A DNA stretch of 64,000 nucleotides, taken from NCBI GenBank assembly GCA_950097015.1, contig CATNEN010000037.1, forward strand, positions 2,232,001 to 2,296,000. Reading direction: 5' to 3'. This document shows positions 1 through 11,954 of this stretch, in pieces (within the stretch, counting starts at the first letter, position 1; every line of letters begins with the position of its first letter). Under the pieces are notes generated by a model. It did not search any database, was not told the origin of the DNA, and worked only from the letters and a program-made list of their open reading frames with translations. This DNA comes from Macrostomum hystrix. Taxonomy: Eukaryota > Animalia > Platyhelminthes. A program made the position numbers and the translations under genes.

Positions 1-57
1 TTTGGGAGGACGAAATTATCAGCGTTGTCTTTGCGTTTATTAGAGTATTAAGGTTGG

Positions 58-475
58 ACTAAAACAAAGACTGAAGTCACTGGGGGAGATAAAATAAAAA
101 TGAACAAATACTGAATTAGACATAAAGTTATTTGGGAATGGGTAAGAACAAAGACTGAAGCCACCTTCAGTGATTGCGGAGTAAATACTAGGGGCGGGGG
201 AACAAAGACTAAGGAAATGGGAGAGACATTAAAGAAGAAGGAACAAAGACTGTCCTAGACATACAATAATTTGGGAGAGAGTAAAAACAAAGACTTAAGG
301 CACCTACAATCATTGTGGGAGAGAGTAAGGGCGGAGGAACAAAGACTGAATTCATTGTGGGAGAGATTGAGGGAGGAGGAACAAAGAAGGTCATTCTGGG
401 TGAGAGTGAGGGCAGAGGAACAAAGACTGAAGTCATTGTGCGAGAGAGTGATGGCGGAGGAACAAAGACCCAAGG
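58..475. repeat. Degenerate ~42-bp minisatellite (AACAAAGACTGAAGTCATTGTGGGAGAGAGTGAGGGCGGAGG-like)
   Basis: GAACAAAGAC recurs about every 42 bp. The ORFs at 209-570 show 14-aa periodicity (EEQRLKSLWERVRA). Confidence 0.8.
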
Positions 476-1254
476 ACCGATACAGAGTGTTGCCAATGCC
501 CATGAACCAGATCTGCGACCTGTATTTCCGGGCTAAACACGACCAAAATAATGAAAATGAATCGAACTAGTTATTTTATGTTCCTAGGGTGATTTTGCAG
601 TTCGCAGTTCGCAGTTTGCACATTGCAAACTGTGCTGTGCAGCTTAGGCGCCGCTTTCAAGACCAATAGTAATAATATACTATAGATATATTAGTACACA
701 ATAGGGCCGAATGGTTGTAAATAAAAAAACTGCAGTTTCAGGCAATGAGCATATTTTTCTTCTCAGCCTTTTTAAAGCTGTCCGCAGACTAGTTCAAGAT
801 ATGTCCCCAGCTCATACACACTAATGCGCGTTTTTTAGTATTTAGTATTTTTTGAGTTACGAGCGAAATTTTCTTCTAAACAGACCAACTTATCAACTCT
901 CTAAATGTACTTCATTTTACTCGACAATATTTGCACAGCAATCGAATAAATTTTTCTCTCCCACTTGTAAAAACGAAAGTATCGAATGCATTTTTTTACT
1001 TTTTTAAATGTCTCTTAAAGAGTCCACTTAAGTAACAATGAAAGAACGAATGCGGCGAAAACGGATACTAGTTAAGATTCTCTCTCAGATCGATTAGAAA
1101 CTTTTTCATTAGGCACCACATGCCGTTCTCTTCTCTCCCATCCCATCGGAATACTTGTTGAAGCCAGTTTATAAAGATAACAACTGTGTGCATTCATTAA
1201 TTAACTTCCTCCAAGTGTATCCTCACACTGTCACCTAAAAATCTTCAAGCCACT

Positions 1255-2860
1255 CCCCTCACTCTCACTCTCACTTTCCTCATCCCTCAGTCTCCTCATC
1301 CCTCACTCTCCTCATCTCTCACTCTCCTCATCCCTCACTTTCCTCATCCCTCACTCCCCTCATCCATCACTCTCCTCATCCCTCAGTCTCCTCATCCCTC
1401 ACTCTCCTCATCCCTCACTCCCCTCATCCCTCACTTTCCTCATCCCTCACTCTCCTCATCCCTCAGTCTCCTCATCCCTCACTCTCCTCATCCCTCACTC
1501 CCCTCATCCCTCACTTTCCTCATCCCTCACTCTCCTCATCCCTCAGTCTCCTCATCCCTCACTCCCCTCATCCCTCACTCCCCTCATCCATCACTCTCCT
1601 CATCCCTCAGTCTCCTCATCCCTCACTCTCCTCATCCCTCACTCCCCTCATCCCTCACTTTCCTCATCCATCACTCTCCTCATCTCTCACTCTCCTCATC
1701 TCTCACTCTCCTCATCCCTCACTTTCCTCATCCCTCACTCCCCTCATCCATCACTCTCCTCATCTCTCACTCTCCTCATCCCTCACTCCCCTCATCCATC
1801 ACTCTCCTCATCTCTCACTCTCCTCATCCCTCACTTTCCTCATCCCTCACTCCCCTCATCCATCACTCTCCTCATCCCTCAGTCTCCTCATCCCTCACTC
1901 TCCTCATCCCTCACTCCCCTCATCCCTCACTTTCCTCATCCCTCACTCTCCTCATCCCTCACTCCCCTCATCCCTCACTTTCCTCATCCCTCACTCTCCT
2001 CATCCCTCACTCTCCTCATCCCTCACTTTCCTCATCTCTCACTCCCCTCATCCCTCACTCTCCTCATCCCTCAGTCTCCTCATCCCTCACTCTCCTCATC
2101 CCTCACTCCCCTCATCCCTCACTCCCCTCATCCCTCACTCCCCTCATCCCTCACTCCCCTCATCCCTCACTCCCCTCATCCCTCACTCCCCTCATCCCTC
2201 ACTCCCCTCATCCCTCAGTCTCCTCATCCCTCAGTCTCCTCATCCCTCACTCTCCTCATCCCTCACTCCCCTCATCCCTCACTCCCCTCATCCCTCACTC
2301 CCCTCATCCCTCACTCCCCTCATCCCTCACTCCCCTCATCCCTCACTCCCCTCATCCCTCACTTTCCTCATCCCTTAGTCTCCTCAACCCTCACTCTCCT
2401 CATCTCTCACTCTCCTCATCCCTCACTCCCCTCATCCCTCACTTTCTTCATCCCTCACTTTCCTCATCCCTCACTTTCTTCATCCCTCACTTTCCTCATC
2501 CCTCACTCTCCTCATCCCTCACTTTCCTCATCCCTTAGTCTCCTCATCCCTCACTCCCCTCATCCCTCACTCCCCTCATCCCTCACTCCCCTCATCCCTC
2601 ACTCCCCTCATCCCTCACTCCCCTCATCCCTCACTTTCCTCATCCCTTAGTCTCCTCAACCCTCACTCTCCTCATCTCTCACTCTCCTCATCCCTCACTC
2701 CCCTCATCCCTCACTTTCTTCATCCCTCACTTTCCTCATCCCTCACTTTCTTCATCCCTCACTTTCCTCATCCCTCACTCTCCTCATCCCTCACTTTCCT
2801 CATCCCTTAGTCTCCTCATCCCTCACTCCCCTCATCCCTCAGTCTCCTCATCCCTCACTC
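1255..2860. repeat. 16-bp minisatellite (CTCACTCTCCTCATCC)n, ~100 copies
   Basis: Direct tandem repetition with variants CTCACTCCCC/CTCACTTTCC/CTCAGTCTCC. Confidence 0.97.
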
Positions 2861-2871
2861 ACTCTCCCTGA

Positions 2872-2995
2872 CTAATCAGCCCTCTCCTCTCCCTCCCTAA
2901 TCAGCCCTCTCCCTCACTAATCAGCCCTCTCCCTCACTAATCAGCCCTCTCCCTCACAAATCAGCCCTCTCCCTCACAAATCAGCCCTCTCCCAC
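2872..2995. repeat. 20-bp tandem repeat (TAATCAGCCCTCTCCCTCAC)n, ~6 copies
   Basis: Visible tandem units abutting the 16-bp array. Confidence 0.9.
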
Positions 2996-3049
2996 ACCAA
3001 TTAGCACTGCTCCTGTTATTCACATGTCATTAAGCTTGTTAATTCTTAC

Positions 3050-3199
3050 CAGAAGCAATAAACAGGCCTACAGTGGCCAGCATGAGCTGCCTGTTCAGCT
3101 TGAGCCTGGGCACCAGCAGTTCCAGCAGAAGCGCCAGCAGTACAGCCAGCAGAATCAGCAACGATAGGACAATCAAAATCAGCACGATCACCGGAAAGG
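3050..3199 (-). CDS. Putative exon 2 of a multi-pass membrane protein (FPVIVLILIVLSLLILLAVLLALLLELLVPRLKLNRQLMLATVGLFIAS)
   Basis: AAAG acceptor at 3200, GTAAG donor at 3049, phase 1 at both ends matching exon 1. Encodes a long hydrophobic helix and the start of another. Downstream exons not found with confidence. Confidence 0.6.
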
Positions 3200-3229
3200 C
3201 TTTGTTTGTTTTAGAGGATACCTTTTTAA

Positions 3230-4371
3230 AGCTGCGGCTCTCCTGCTACGATTCTAGCTACGGCTCTCCTGCTTCGATTCTAGCTACGGCTCTCCTGCTA
3301 CGATTCTAGCTACGGCTCTCCTGCTTCGATTCTAGCTACGGCTCTCCTGCTACGATTCTAGCTACGGCTCTCCTGCTTCGATTCTAGCTACGGCTCTCCT
3401 GCTACGATTCAAGCTACGGCTCTCCTGCTACGATTCTAGCTACGGCTCTCCTGCTTCGATTCTAGCTACGGCTCTCCTGCTTCGATTCTAGCTACGGCTC
3501 TCCTGCTACGATTCTAGCTACAGCTCTCCTGCTACGATTCTAGCTACGGCTCTCTTGCTAAGATTCTAGCCACGGCTCTCCTGCTACGATTCTAGCTACG
3601 GCTCTCCTGCTTCGATTCTAGCTACGGCTCTCCTGCTACGATTCTAGCTACGGCTCTCCTGCTACGATTCAAGCTACGGCTCTCCTGCTACGATTCTAGC
3701 TACGGCTCTCCTGCTACGATTCTAGCTACGGCTCTCCTGCTTCGATTCTAGCTACGGCTCTCCTGCTTCGATTCTAGCTACGGCTCTCCTGCTACGATTC
3801 TAGCTACAGCTCTCCTGCTACAATTCAAGCTACGGCTCTCCTGCTACGATTCAAGCTACGGCTCTCCTGCTACGATTCTAGCTACGGCTCTCCTGCTACG
3901 ATTCTAGCTACGGCTCTCTTGCTAAGATTCTAGCCACGGCTCTCCTGCTACGATTCTAGCTACGGCTCTCCTGCTTCGATTCTAGCTACGGCTCTCCTGC
4001 TACGATTCTAGCTACGGCTCTCCTGCTACGATTCAAGCTACGGCTCTCCTGCTACGATTCTAGCTACGGCTCTCCTGCTTCGATTCTAGCTACGGCTCTC
4101 CTGCTACGATTCTAGCTACAGCTCTCCTGCTACGATTCTAGCTACGGCTCTCTTGCTAAGATTCTAGCCACGGCTCTCCTGCTTCGATTCTAGCTACGGC
4201 TCTCCTGCTACGATTCTAGCTACAGCTCTCCTGCTACGATTCAAGCTACGGCTCTCCTGCTACGATTCTAGCTACAGCTCTCCTGCTACGATTCAAGCTA
4301 CGGCTCTCCTGCTACGATTCTAGCTACGGCTCTCTTGCTACGATTCTAGCTACGGCTCTCCTGCTTCGATT
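3230..4371. repeat. 26-bp minisatellite (GATTCTAGCTACGGCTCTCCTGCTAC)n, ~43 copies
   Basis: Tandem units. The same family recurs at 9896-10672. Confidence 0.97.
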
Positions 4372-4421
4372 ATTATTGTCTCCTAGAATAAAAAGTAATG
4401 AGCTAATGATTGAGTTTTCAC

Positions 4422-4608
4422 CTGTGCCATTGTCGTAGTTCCAAGGCAAGCCCCTATTCCACTTGCAGACTGCATTGTTGGCACACATTCCCATTCGCCA
4501 GTAGCCAAGAACGGCTGCCGTCACGCTGGAGGTGAAGCAGCCGACAGCTCCGGCTACTAGCAGCCAGCGGAGCATGCGGCTCTTGGCGGAGCGGACTCCA
4601 GCTCCCAT
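4422..4608 (-). CDS. Putative exon 1 of a multi-pass membrane protein (possibly PMP22/claudin-like fold)
   Basis: ATG at 4608 (alternative 4575), hydrophobic LLVAGAVGCFTSSVTAAVL, then W..C....C loop. GC-rich. Phase-1 donor GTGAAA at 4421 joins in frame to 3199. Family assignment is weak. Confidence 0.55.
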
Positions 4609-4889
4609 TGAATGAGTTCAAGAGATGAAACTATTACTCTTTTTTCCAACTGCACACTATCTGGCGCTTTGAGAGTGGATCGAAATGTGGACCTTTGAAA
4701 TGACCTTCTTTTGGAGTTTCTTTCTGTGGGAATTTTCGCACGGCTAAGCAACGCCCTCGGTTCATTAATTTAGTGCTCAAACGCTCAATTTAATGCAGGC
4801 GGAATGTTCGTTTGGAGGAGCTCGGCAGTAGGTTAGAAAATTATGGTTGCCATGGAGGGACAGAAATGTAGTGGAGAGTGTGCGACCAC

Positions 4890-7113
4890 GTGAGAAAATG
4901 AGAGACAACATGAAAGAATGAGAGACAAATAAAAAAATGAGAGACAACATGACAAAATAAGAGACAACATGATAAAATAAGAGAGAACATGAGAAAATAA
5001 GAGACAACATGAGAAAATAAGAGACAACATGAGAAAATAAGAGACAACATGAGAAAATAAGAGAGAACATGAGAAAATAAGAGAGAACATGAGAAAATAA
5101 GAGAGAACATGAGAAAATAAGTGAGAACATGAGAAAATAAGTGAGAACATGAGAAAATAAGAGAGAACATGAGAAAATAAGTGAGAACATGAGAAAATAA
5201 GAGAGAACATGAGAAAATAAGAAAGAACATGAGAAAATAAGAGAGAACATGAGAAAATAAGAGAGAACATGAGAAAATAAGAGAGAACATGAGAAAATAA
5301 GAGAGAACAGGAGAAAATAAGAGAGAAAATGAGAAAATAAGAGAGAACATGAGAAAATAAGAGAGAACATGAGAAAATAAGAGAGAACATGAGAAAATAA
5401 GAGAGAACATGAGAAAATAAGAGACAGCATGAGAAAATAAGAGACAACATGAGAAAATAAGAGACAACATGAGAAAATAAGAGACAACATGAGAAAATAA
5501 GAGACAACATGAGAAAATAAGAGAGAACATGAGAAAATAAGAGAGAACATGAGAAAATAAGTGAGAACATGAGAAAATAAGTGAGAACATGAGAAAATAA
5601 GTGAGAACATGAGAAAATAAGTGAGAACAGGAGAAAATAAGTGAGAACATGAGAAAATAAGAGAGAAAATGAGAAAATAAGAGAGAACATGAGAAAATAA
5701 GAAAGAACATGAGAAAATAAGAGAGAACATGAGAAAATAAGAGAGAACATGAGAAAATAAGAGAGAACATGAGAAAATAAGAGACAGCATGAGAAAATAA
5801 GAGACAACATGAGAAAATAAGAGACAACATGAGAAAATAAGAGACAACAGGAGAAAATAAGAGATAACATGAGAAAATAAGAGAGAACATGAGAAAATAA
5901 GAGAGAACATGAGAAAATAAGAGAGAACATGAGAAAATAAGTGAGAACATGAGAAAATAAGAAAGAACATGAGAAAATAAGAGAGAACATGAGAAAATAA
6001 GAGAGAACATGAGAAAATAAGAGAGAACATGAGAAAATAAGAGAGAACAGGAGAAAATAAGAGAGAAAATGAGAAAATAAGAGAGAACATGAGAAAATAA
6101 GAAAGAACATGAGAAAATAAGAGAGAACATGAGAAAATAAGAGAGAACATGAGAAAATAAGAGAGAACATGAGAAAATAAGAGACAGCATGAGAAAATAA
6201 GAGACAACATGAGAAAATAAGAGACAACATGAGAAAATAAGAGACAACATGAGAAAATAAGAGACAACATGAGAAAATAAGAGAGAACATGAGAAAATAA
6301 GAGAGAACATGAGAAAATAAGTGAGAACATGAGAAAATAAGTGAGAACATGAGAAAATAAGTGAGAACATGAGAAAATAAGTGAGAACATGAGAAAATAA
6401 GTGAGAACATGAGAAAATAAGAGAGAAAATGAGAAAATAAGAGAGAACATGAGAAAATAAGAAAGAACATGAGAAAATAAGAGAGAACATGAGAAAATAA
6501 GAGAGAACATGAGAAAATAAGAGAGAACATGAGAAAATAAGAGACAGCATGAGAAAATAAGAGACAACATGAGAAAATAAGAGACAACATGAGAAAATAA
6601 GAGACAACAGGAGAAAATAAGAGATAACATGAGAAAATAAGAGAGAACATGAGAAAATAAGTGAGAACATGAGAAAATAAGTGAGAACATGAGAAAATAA
6701 GTGAGAACATGAGAAAATAAGAGAGAACATGAGAAAATAAAAGAGAACATGAGAAAATAAGAGAGAACATGAGAAAATAAGAGAGAACATGAGAAAATAA
6801 GAGACAACATGAGAAAATAAGAGACAACATGAGAAAAAAAGTGAGAACATGAGAAAATAAGTGAGAACATGAGAAAATAAGTGAGAACATGAGAAAATAA
6901 GAGAGAACATGAGAAAATAAGAGAGAACATGAGAAAATAAGTGAGAACATGAGAAAATAAGAGAGAACATGAGAAAATAAGAGAGAACATGAGAAAATAA
7001 GAGAGAACATGAGAAAATAAGTGAGAACATGAGAAAATAAGAGAGAACATGAGAAAATAAGAGACAACATGAGAAAATAAGAGAGAACATGAGAAAATAA
7101 GAGAGAACATGAG
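4890..7113. repeat. 20-bp minisatellite (GAGAAAATAAGAGAGAACAT)n, ~110 copies, with higher-order structure
   Basis: Exact 20-bp register. Variant GAGACAGCAT at 5421, 5781, 6181, 6541. Confidence 0.98.
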
Positions 7114-8086
7114 ATAGAATATGATAAAGAGTGCAGACTGTGCAACTGAAATAATCCTGAGCAATATTTCTAAATTTTTCGCTTTTTGCAGTCGGCTATA
7201 AAACTGCCATAAATGAAAGTGCGACAGTGTGTTCTGGTCAGGGCACAATATTATATTATTGTGTTTTCTTATTTTCTTTTATGACAAGTAAGCAGCCAAC
7301 GAAATTAGCATTCCATAATAGAAAAAAAAACTGATTGATTCTGCCAATTCTTAAAAGCTATAAAGCATTATCAGTCTGTTAAGTAGCACACAATTTCTAG
7401 CAAGTAGAGAAATCCTGTCCATTTCGCTCTACTCGAACAAGTAGTAGAGTTTGCAGAAGTTTTCTATTTTTTTTGAAACAATAAATCTAATCTGAGAAAA
7501 CAACAAAAAGTACACTTCAATAATTACATGCTCCAGGCTGCATAGTACATCTTGGGTACAGTCTCGGTTAAGCTTGGGTGACAATATCTTTGGCTGCTGT
7601 AGTGCACACACTACTTTTTGTACTTTAAAACTCACTTCCAATTTAACTAAACATAAAAGATTCCATGACTGGAACAAAACTTTTAATCAAGACTGGAAAT
7701 TTATTAGAAGAATGATTGATTGAACAAAAAACGGTGGAACATATAAGCAATGTTTCGTGTCTTCTAAAAGTGCGAGCTGAATTTACAACAAAATACACAA
7801 AACACTTGCTAAATATGAAACAGTAGAAAGGACGAGCAGGCAATCAGAAGTTAAAAAGGTGAAAATCATGAATTTTTGCATTTTATTTCTTGTATAAATC
7901 TTTTTTATTTTGCATAGACACATCACACTGCAGCTGGGGTAGCTTGGTCAGAGTAAAAAAATAATATGATCTCGGCGAGTAATTGTGCATCCATTGTTGT
8001 GATTTTATGTCCAGACTGTTTGAAAAAAATAGCCTGTAAAAACTAAAAAACTAGAAAAAAATGGGCAATAATCTTGACTGTCCTTA

Positions 8087-8440
8087 CCCACCTCACTCCG
8101 CACCCACCTCACTCCGCACCCACCTCACTCCGCACCCACCTCACTCCGCACCCACCTCACTCCGCACCCACCTTACTCCGCACCCACCTCACTCCGCACC
8201 CACCTCACTCCGCACCCACCTTACTCCGCACCCACCTCACTCCGCATCCCACCTCACTCCGCACCCACCTCACTCCGCACCCACCTCACTCCGCACCCAC
8301 CTCACTCCGCACCCACCTTACTCCGCACCCACCTCACTCCGCACCCACCTCACTCCGCACCCACCTTACTCCGCACCCACCTCACTCCGCACCCACCTCA
8401 CTCCGCATCCCACCTTACTCCGCGTCCCACCGCACCCCGC
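8087..8440. repeat. 16-bp minisatellite (CACCCACCTCACTCCG)n downstream of the PRKX stop
   Basis: Tandem units; a degenerate relative lies at 9165-9412. Confidence 0.95.
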
Positions 8441-8591
8441 ATCCACTTCTAACCTCACTCAATTTTATCCACATGCATCCAGTGTGGCCACCTCGTTTTT
8501 TAGTCAAGCAGCGTTTTGTTGCACCAGAAGCAATAAATTTTAGACATAGGCCTATGACACAGCGAATTTCATCAAGCAGTAGAATAGTCGT

Positions 8592-9040
8592 TCAGAAGTC
8601 TCTAAAGTGCTCCTGACCGATGGCGCTGGAGGAAGGCACCTTCTTCCAGTCCTGCTCGTCGTACACGTCGTAGCAACGGGTATCGCCCGGATGCTGCACC
8701 TGGGGCACAATCGGAGGTGTCATCTTGCGCAGTTCAACGTCTAACCAGTTGATGCCCTTGAACCAGCGGTGATTGCGCACATCGTCCGGGCCGCTCTTCA
8801 TGTTGCCAAGCCGTTTTGTCCGGTCCTGCACCAGCAGTTTGCGCACAATGTCCCGCGCAACCGGGTCCACAGGACTGTCTCGAGGAAAATCGAATTTGCC
8901 CGAAAGAATCTTCTGATAGATCTGCATCGGGTTGTCATCGTAGAATGGCGGCGTTCCCACCAGCATCTCGTAGATTAGGACGCCCAGGGCCCAGTAATCA
9001 ACTGCTCTGTTGTAGCCTTTGCCCTGGATTATCTCTGGTG
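8592..9040 (-). CDS. PRKX: PRKX-like cAMP-dependent protein kinase catalytic subunit, exon 2 (C-lobe and AGC tail)
   Basis: Acceptor CTAATCATTCCAG at 9041 (phase 1). Reads APEIIQGKGYNRAVDYWALGVLIYEMLVGTPPFYDDNPMQIYQKIL...RLGNMKSGPDDVRNHRWF...EHFRDF*, which matches the PRKX/Pka-C3 subfamily. Confidence 0.95.
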
Positions 9041-9164
9041 CTGGAATGATTAGAGCTTCTTAGATTTATTAAAAGATACCCTCGCCTGTACGAGCTTGCA
9101 TTTCAATCAGGTCGATTCTGAACAATTTCAATGCCCCCATGCATTTTCTAATTCCTTGCTGCGC

Positions 9165-9412
9165 AAGGACCTCACTCCCACCTTATTCCGTACCTACCCC
9201 ACTCCACACCCACCTCACTGTACACCCACCTCACTCCACACTCATCTCATTCCAGACCCACCTCATTCCACACAAAACTCTCTCCACACCCACCTCATTC
9301 CACACCTACCCCACTCCACACCCACCTCACTACACATGCATCTCTGTCCACACCCACCTCACTCCACATCCACCTCTCTCCACACCCACCTCATTCCACA
9401 CCCACCTCACTC
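9165..9412. repeat. Degenerate CACCCACCTCACTCCA-type minisatellite near the 3' end of the PRKX intron
   Basis: Same motif family as 8087-8440, more diverged. Confidence 0.8.
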
Positions 9413-9895
9413 CTTTAAAAAATCCCCCTTCAACGCCGAGACCAATCGCTCGTCATATGTGCTATCCCCCTCCTCACGGAGCAACATTTTCCAGTCCTCC
9501 GAGACTAAAACTAAAAAAGCTTCGAAAAAGGTGCGTCACGCAATAAGCCTCTAAAATGATCCAGCCAACTCACGCTTGCACTCGAATATAATATAATACG
9601 AGCGTATGAGAAGGACTTGTGTATATGCGATACGATGAAGGTCTCAGGGTCCTTTGTCCGATTGTACAATGCCACCATTTTTAGCTAACCTAAAGTTGCT
9701 CCGCAACGACACAGATTGTCAAGTCGGAATTATGTCCTTAAATTTCAACTAGCTTTTCTTTTTCCAAATAGTTTTACTCAAAAGATATCGTGTTCCAATC
9801 AAAATCGGGTAAGCGTGGACTTAGCCAAATATTATTTTTTACCGTTAAAAAGCTTTTCAATCCAATGAAGCTGACGAGGTCGAGCTCCTTACTAG

Positions 9896-10768
9896 CGATT
9901 TCGATTCTAGCTGTGGCTCTCCTGCTTCGATTCTAGCTACGATTCTACTGCTTCGATTCTAGCTGCGGCTCTCCTGCTTCGATTCTAGCTACTATTCTAC
10001 TGCTTCGATTCTAGCTACTATTCTCCTGCTTCGATTCTAGCTACGATTCTCCTGCTTCGATTCTAGCTACGATTCTACTGCTTCGATTCTAGCTACGATT
10101 CTTCTGCTTCGATTCTAGCTACGATTCTACTGCTTCGATTCTAGCTACAGCTCTGCCTCGATTCTAGCTACAGCTCTGCCTCGATTCTAGCTACAGCTCT
10201 GCCTCAATTCTAGCTGCGGCCCTCCTGCTTCGATTCTAGCTACGATTCTACTACTTCGATTCTAGCTGCGGCTCTCCTGCTTCGATTCTAGCTCTGGCTT
10301 TCCTGCTTCGATTCTAGCTAAGATTATACTGCTTCGATTCTAGCTGCGGCTCTCCTGCTTCGATTCTAGCTGCGGCTCTCCTGCTTCGATTCTAGCTCTG
10401 GCTTTCCTGCTTCGATTCTAGCTAAGATTATACTGCTTCGATTCTAGCTGCGGCTCTCCTGCTTCGATTCTAGCTACGGCTCTCCTGCTTCGATTCTAGC
10501 TACGGCTCTCCTGCTTCGATTCTAGCTACGGCTCTCCTGCTTCGATTCTAGCTACGGCTCTGCTTCGATTCTAGCTGCGGCTCTCCTGCTTCGATTCTAG
10601 CTACAGCTCTGCTTCGATTCTAGCTACAGCTCTGCCTCGATTCTAGCTACAGCTCTGCTTAGATTCTATCAGATTCTGCTACTGTTCTGTCAGACCCTGC
10701 CTCGATTCTGTCAGACCCTGCCTCGATTCTGTCAGATCCTGCCTCGATTCTGTCAGATCCTGCCTCGA
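9896..10768. repeat. Second array of the 26-bp GATTCTAGCTAC family, grading into a 21-bp variant (GATTCTGTCAGACCCTGCCTC)
   Basis: Tandem units with 24- and 26-bp variants; same orientation as 3230-4371. Confidence 0.93.
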
Positions 10769-11344
10769 ATAAATTATGGCACAGAAAAATTGGCTCCATC
10801 TGCCTAAGAAATCATTATTGCGAGCACTCGAGCTGAGAAATGAACAGCAAAGTAAACATTAAAAGGCGAATGTCAAGCTGCCGCCACGCTTTTGTTACAG
10901 TGTACTATTACTAAGTCGACGTCAATAGCTCGGAAAGATCTAATTATTAGTTTGGGGCCTCAACGCAGACGTCAATCACACAGAATCGCGCAGTTTCAGT
11001 TCATAACACTTTTCGGCTGCAATTGCAGATAAGGAGGTAAAAGCGGACGGCAAAAATTTGCTGCACCTTCTGTCATTCAGCACTGCCGTTGCGTCAGTAA
11101 AATTATGGGGAAATAGATAAACTAGAAATGCTTTACTGAACCCCGCTGACCCTGTTATAATTCACAGGTGCGCAAGGCTGCCTATATTTTGGATACTTAT
11201 ACTAACCTGTGCTAACGCACCGAACTGTTATTAACGAACTGTTTAATATAGACCAGAGGTTGGGAGAATTTGCAAGACTAGGTCTTTGGGCGACGGAAAT
11301 AGAGATACTTGCTACAAAAAGATCTGGGAAGACAGGAAAGCGAC

Positions 11345-11665
11345 AGAGAGAGAGGTCGGGAGAGATAGAGAGAGGGGGGAAGATAGAGAGAGAGGGAGAG
11401 AGATAGAGAGAGAGGGAGAGAGATAGAGAGAGAGGGAGAGATAGAGAGAGGGAGAGATAGAGAGGTAGGGAAGATAGAGAAAGGGAGAGATAGAGAGAGG
11501 GGGAGAGATAGAGAGGGGGAGAGATAGAGAGGGGAGAGATAGAGAGGGGAGAGATAGAGAGGGGGAGAGATAGAGAGGGGAGAGATAGAGAGAGGGAGAG
11601 ATAGAGAGAGGGGGAGAGAGATAGGGAGAGAGGGACAGAGATAGAGAGAGGGAGAGAGGAGAGAG
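11345..11665. repeat. GA-rich simple repeat (GAGAGATAGAGAGGG-like)
   Basis: Visible low-complexity tandem repeat. Confidence 0.9.
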
Positions 11666-11722
11666 GACACTGCCCATTGAATTTCAAAAATCTAATGTTG
11701 GAATCGATTCAGATATGTATCG

Positions 11723-11831
11723 AAAAAATTGAATCCGGATTCGAACCAAGGCAACTCCTGACGCGTTTCGCTCTTTTTGGAGCTCATCAGTAGAGTCAAG
11801 CCTAGCGCTTTAGCCATTCGGCTATAGGCAC
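11723..11831 (-). ncRNA. tRNA-Ser(TGA)-like Pol III cassette containing a minimal hammerhead ribozyme
   Basis: Minus strand: A box TAGCCGAATGG (11824-11814), CT-TGA anticodon-like loop, hammerhead CTGATGA-GCTC-CAAAAA-GAGC-GAAA-CGC-GTC (11790-11760), B box GGTTCGAATCC (11747-11737), TTTTTT (11728-11723). The acceptor stem does not pair, so this is not a functional tRNA. Confidence 0.8.
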
Positions 11832-11954
11832 TTGTTCAAATCCAGCTTTCAACCTCAACATATCGTAGTCGATTCGGCAGCGCCCCGCAACTCAATCCAT
11901 ATTCACTTCACTCCGTCGCACTGACTCGGTCGTACGAGACGCCGGTGCTGGCCT

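Noticed and set aside
271-570. Coiled-coil-looking ORF (EEQRLKSLWERVRA repeats)
   Set aside because: It follows the 42-bp repeat period and both strands are open; no independent coding support.
1068-1183. Phase-compatible third exon for the membrane-protein gene (VVIFINWLQQVFRW...)
   Set aside because: Poor acceptor, and it lacks the expected hydrophobic TM3/TM4 continuation.
4777-7248. Three 749-823 aa minus-strand ORFs (FSLIFSC repeats), and similar ORFs at 15537-16708, 18833-19535, 20210-20932, 37526-39440, 42386-43268, 51624-52769, 53210-53653
   Set aside because: They arise from stop-free minisatellite units, are open in several frames at once, and have no non-repeat domain.
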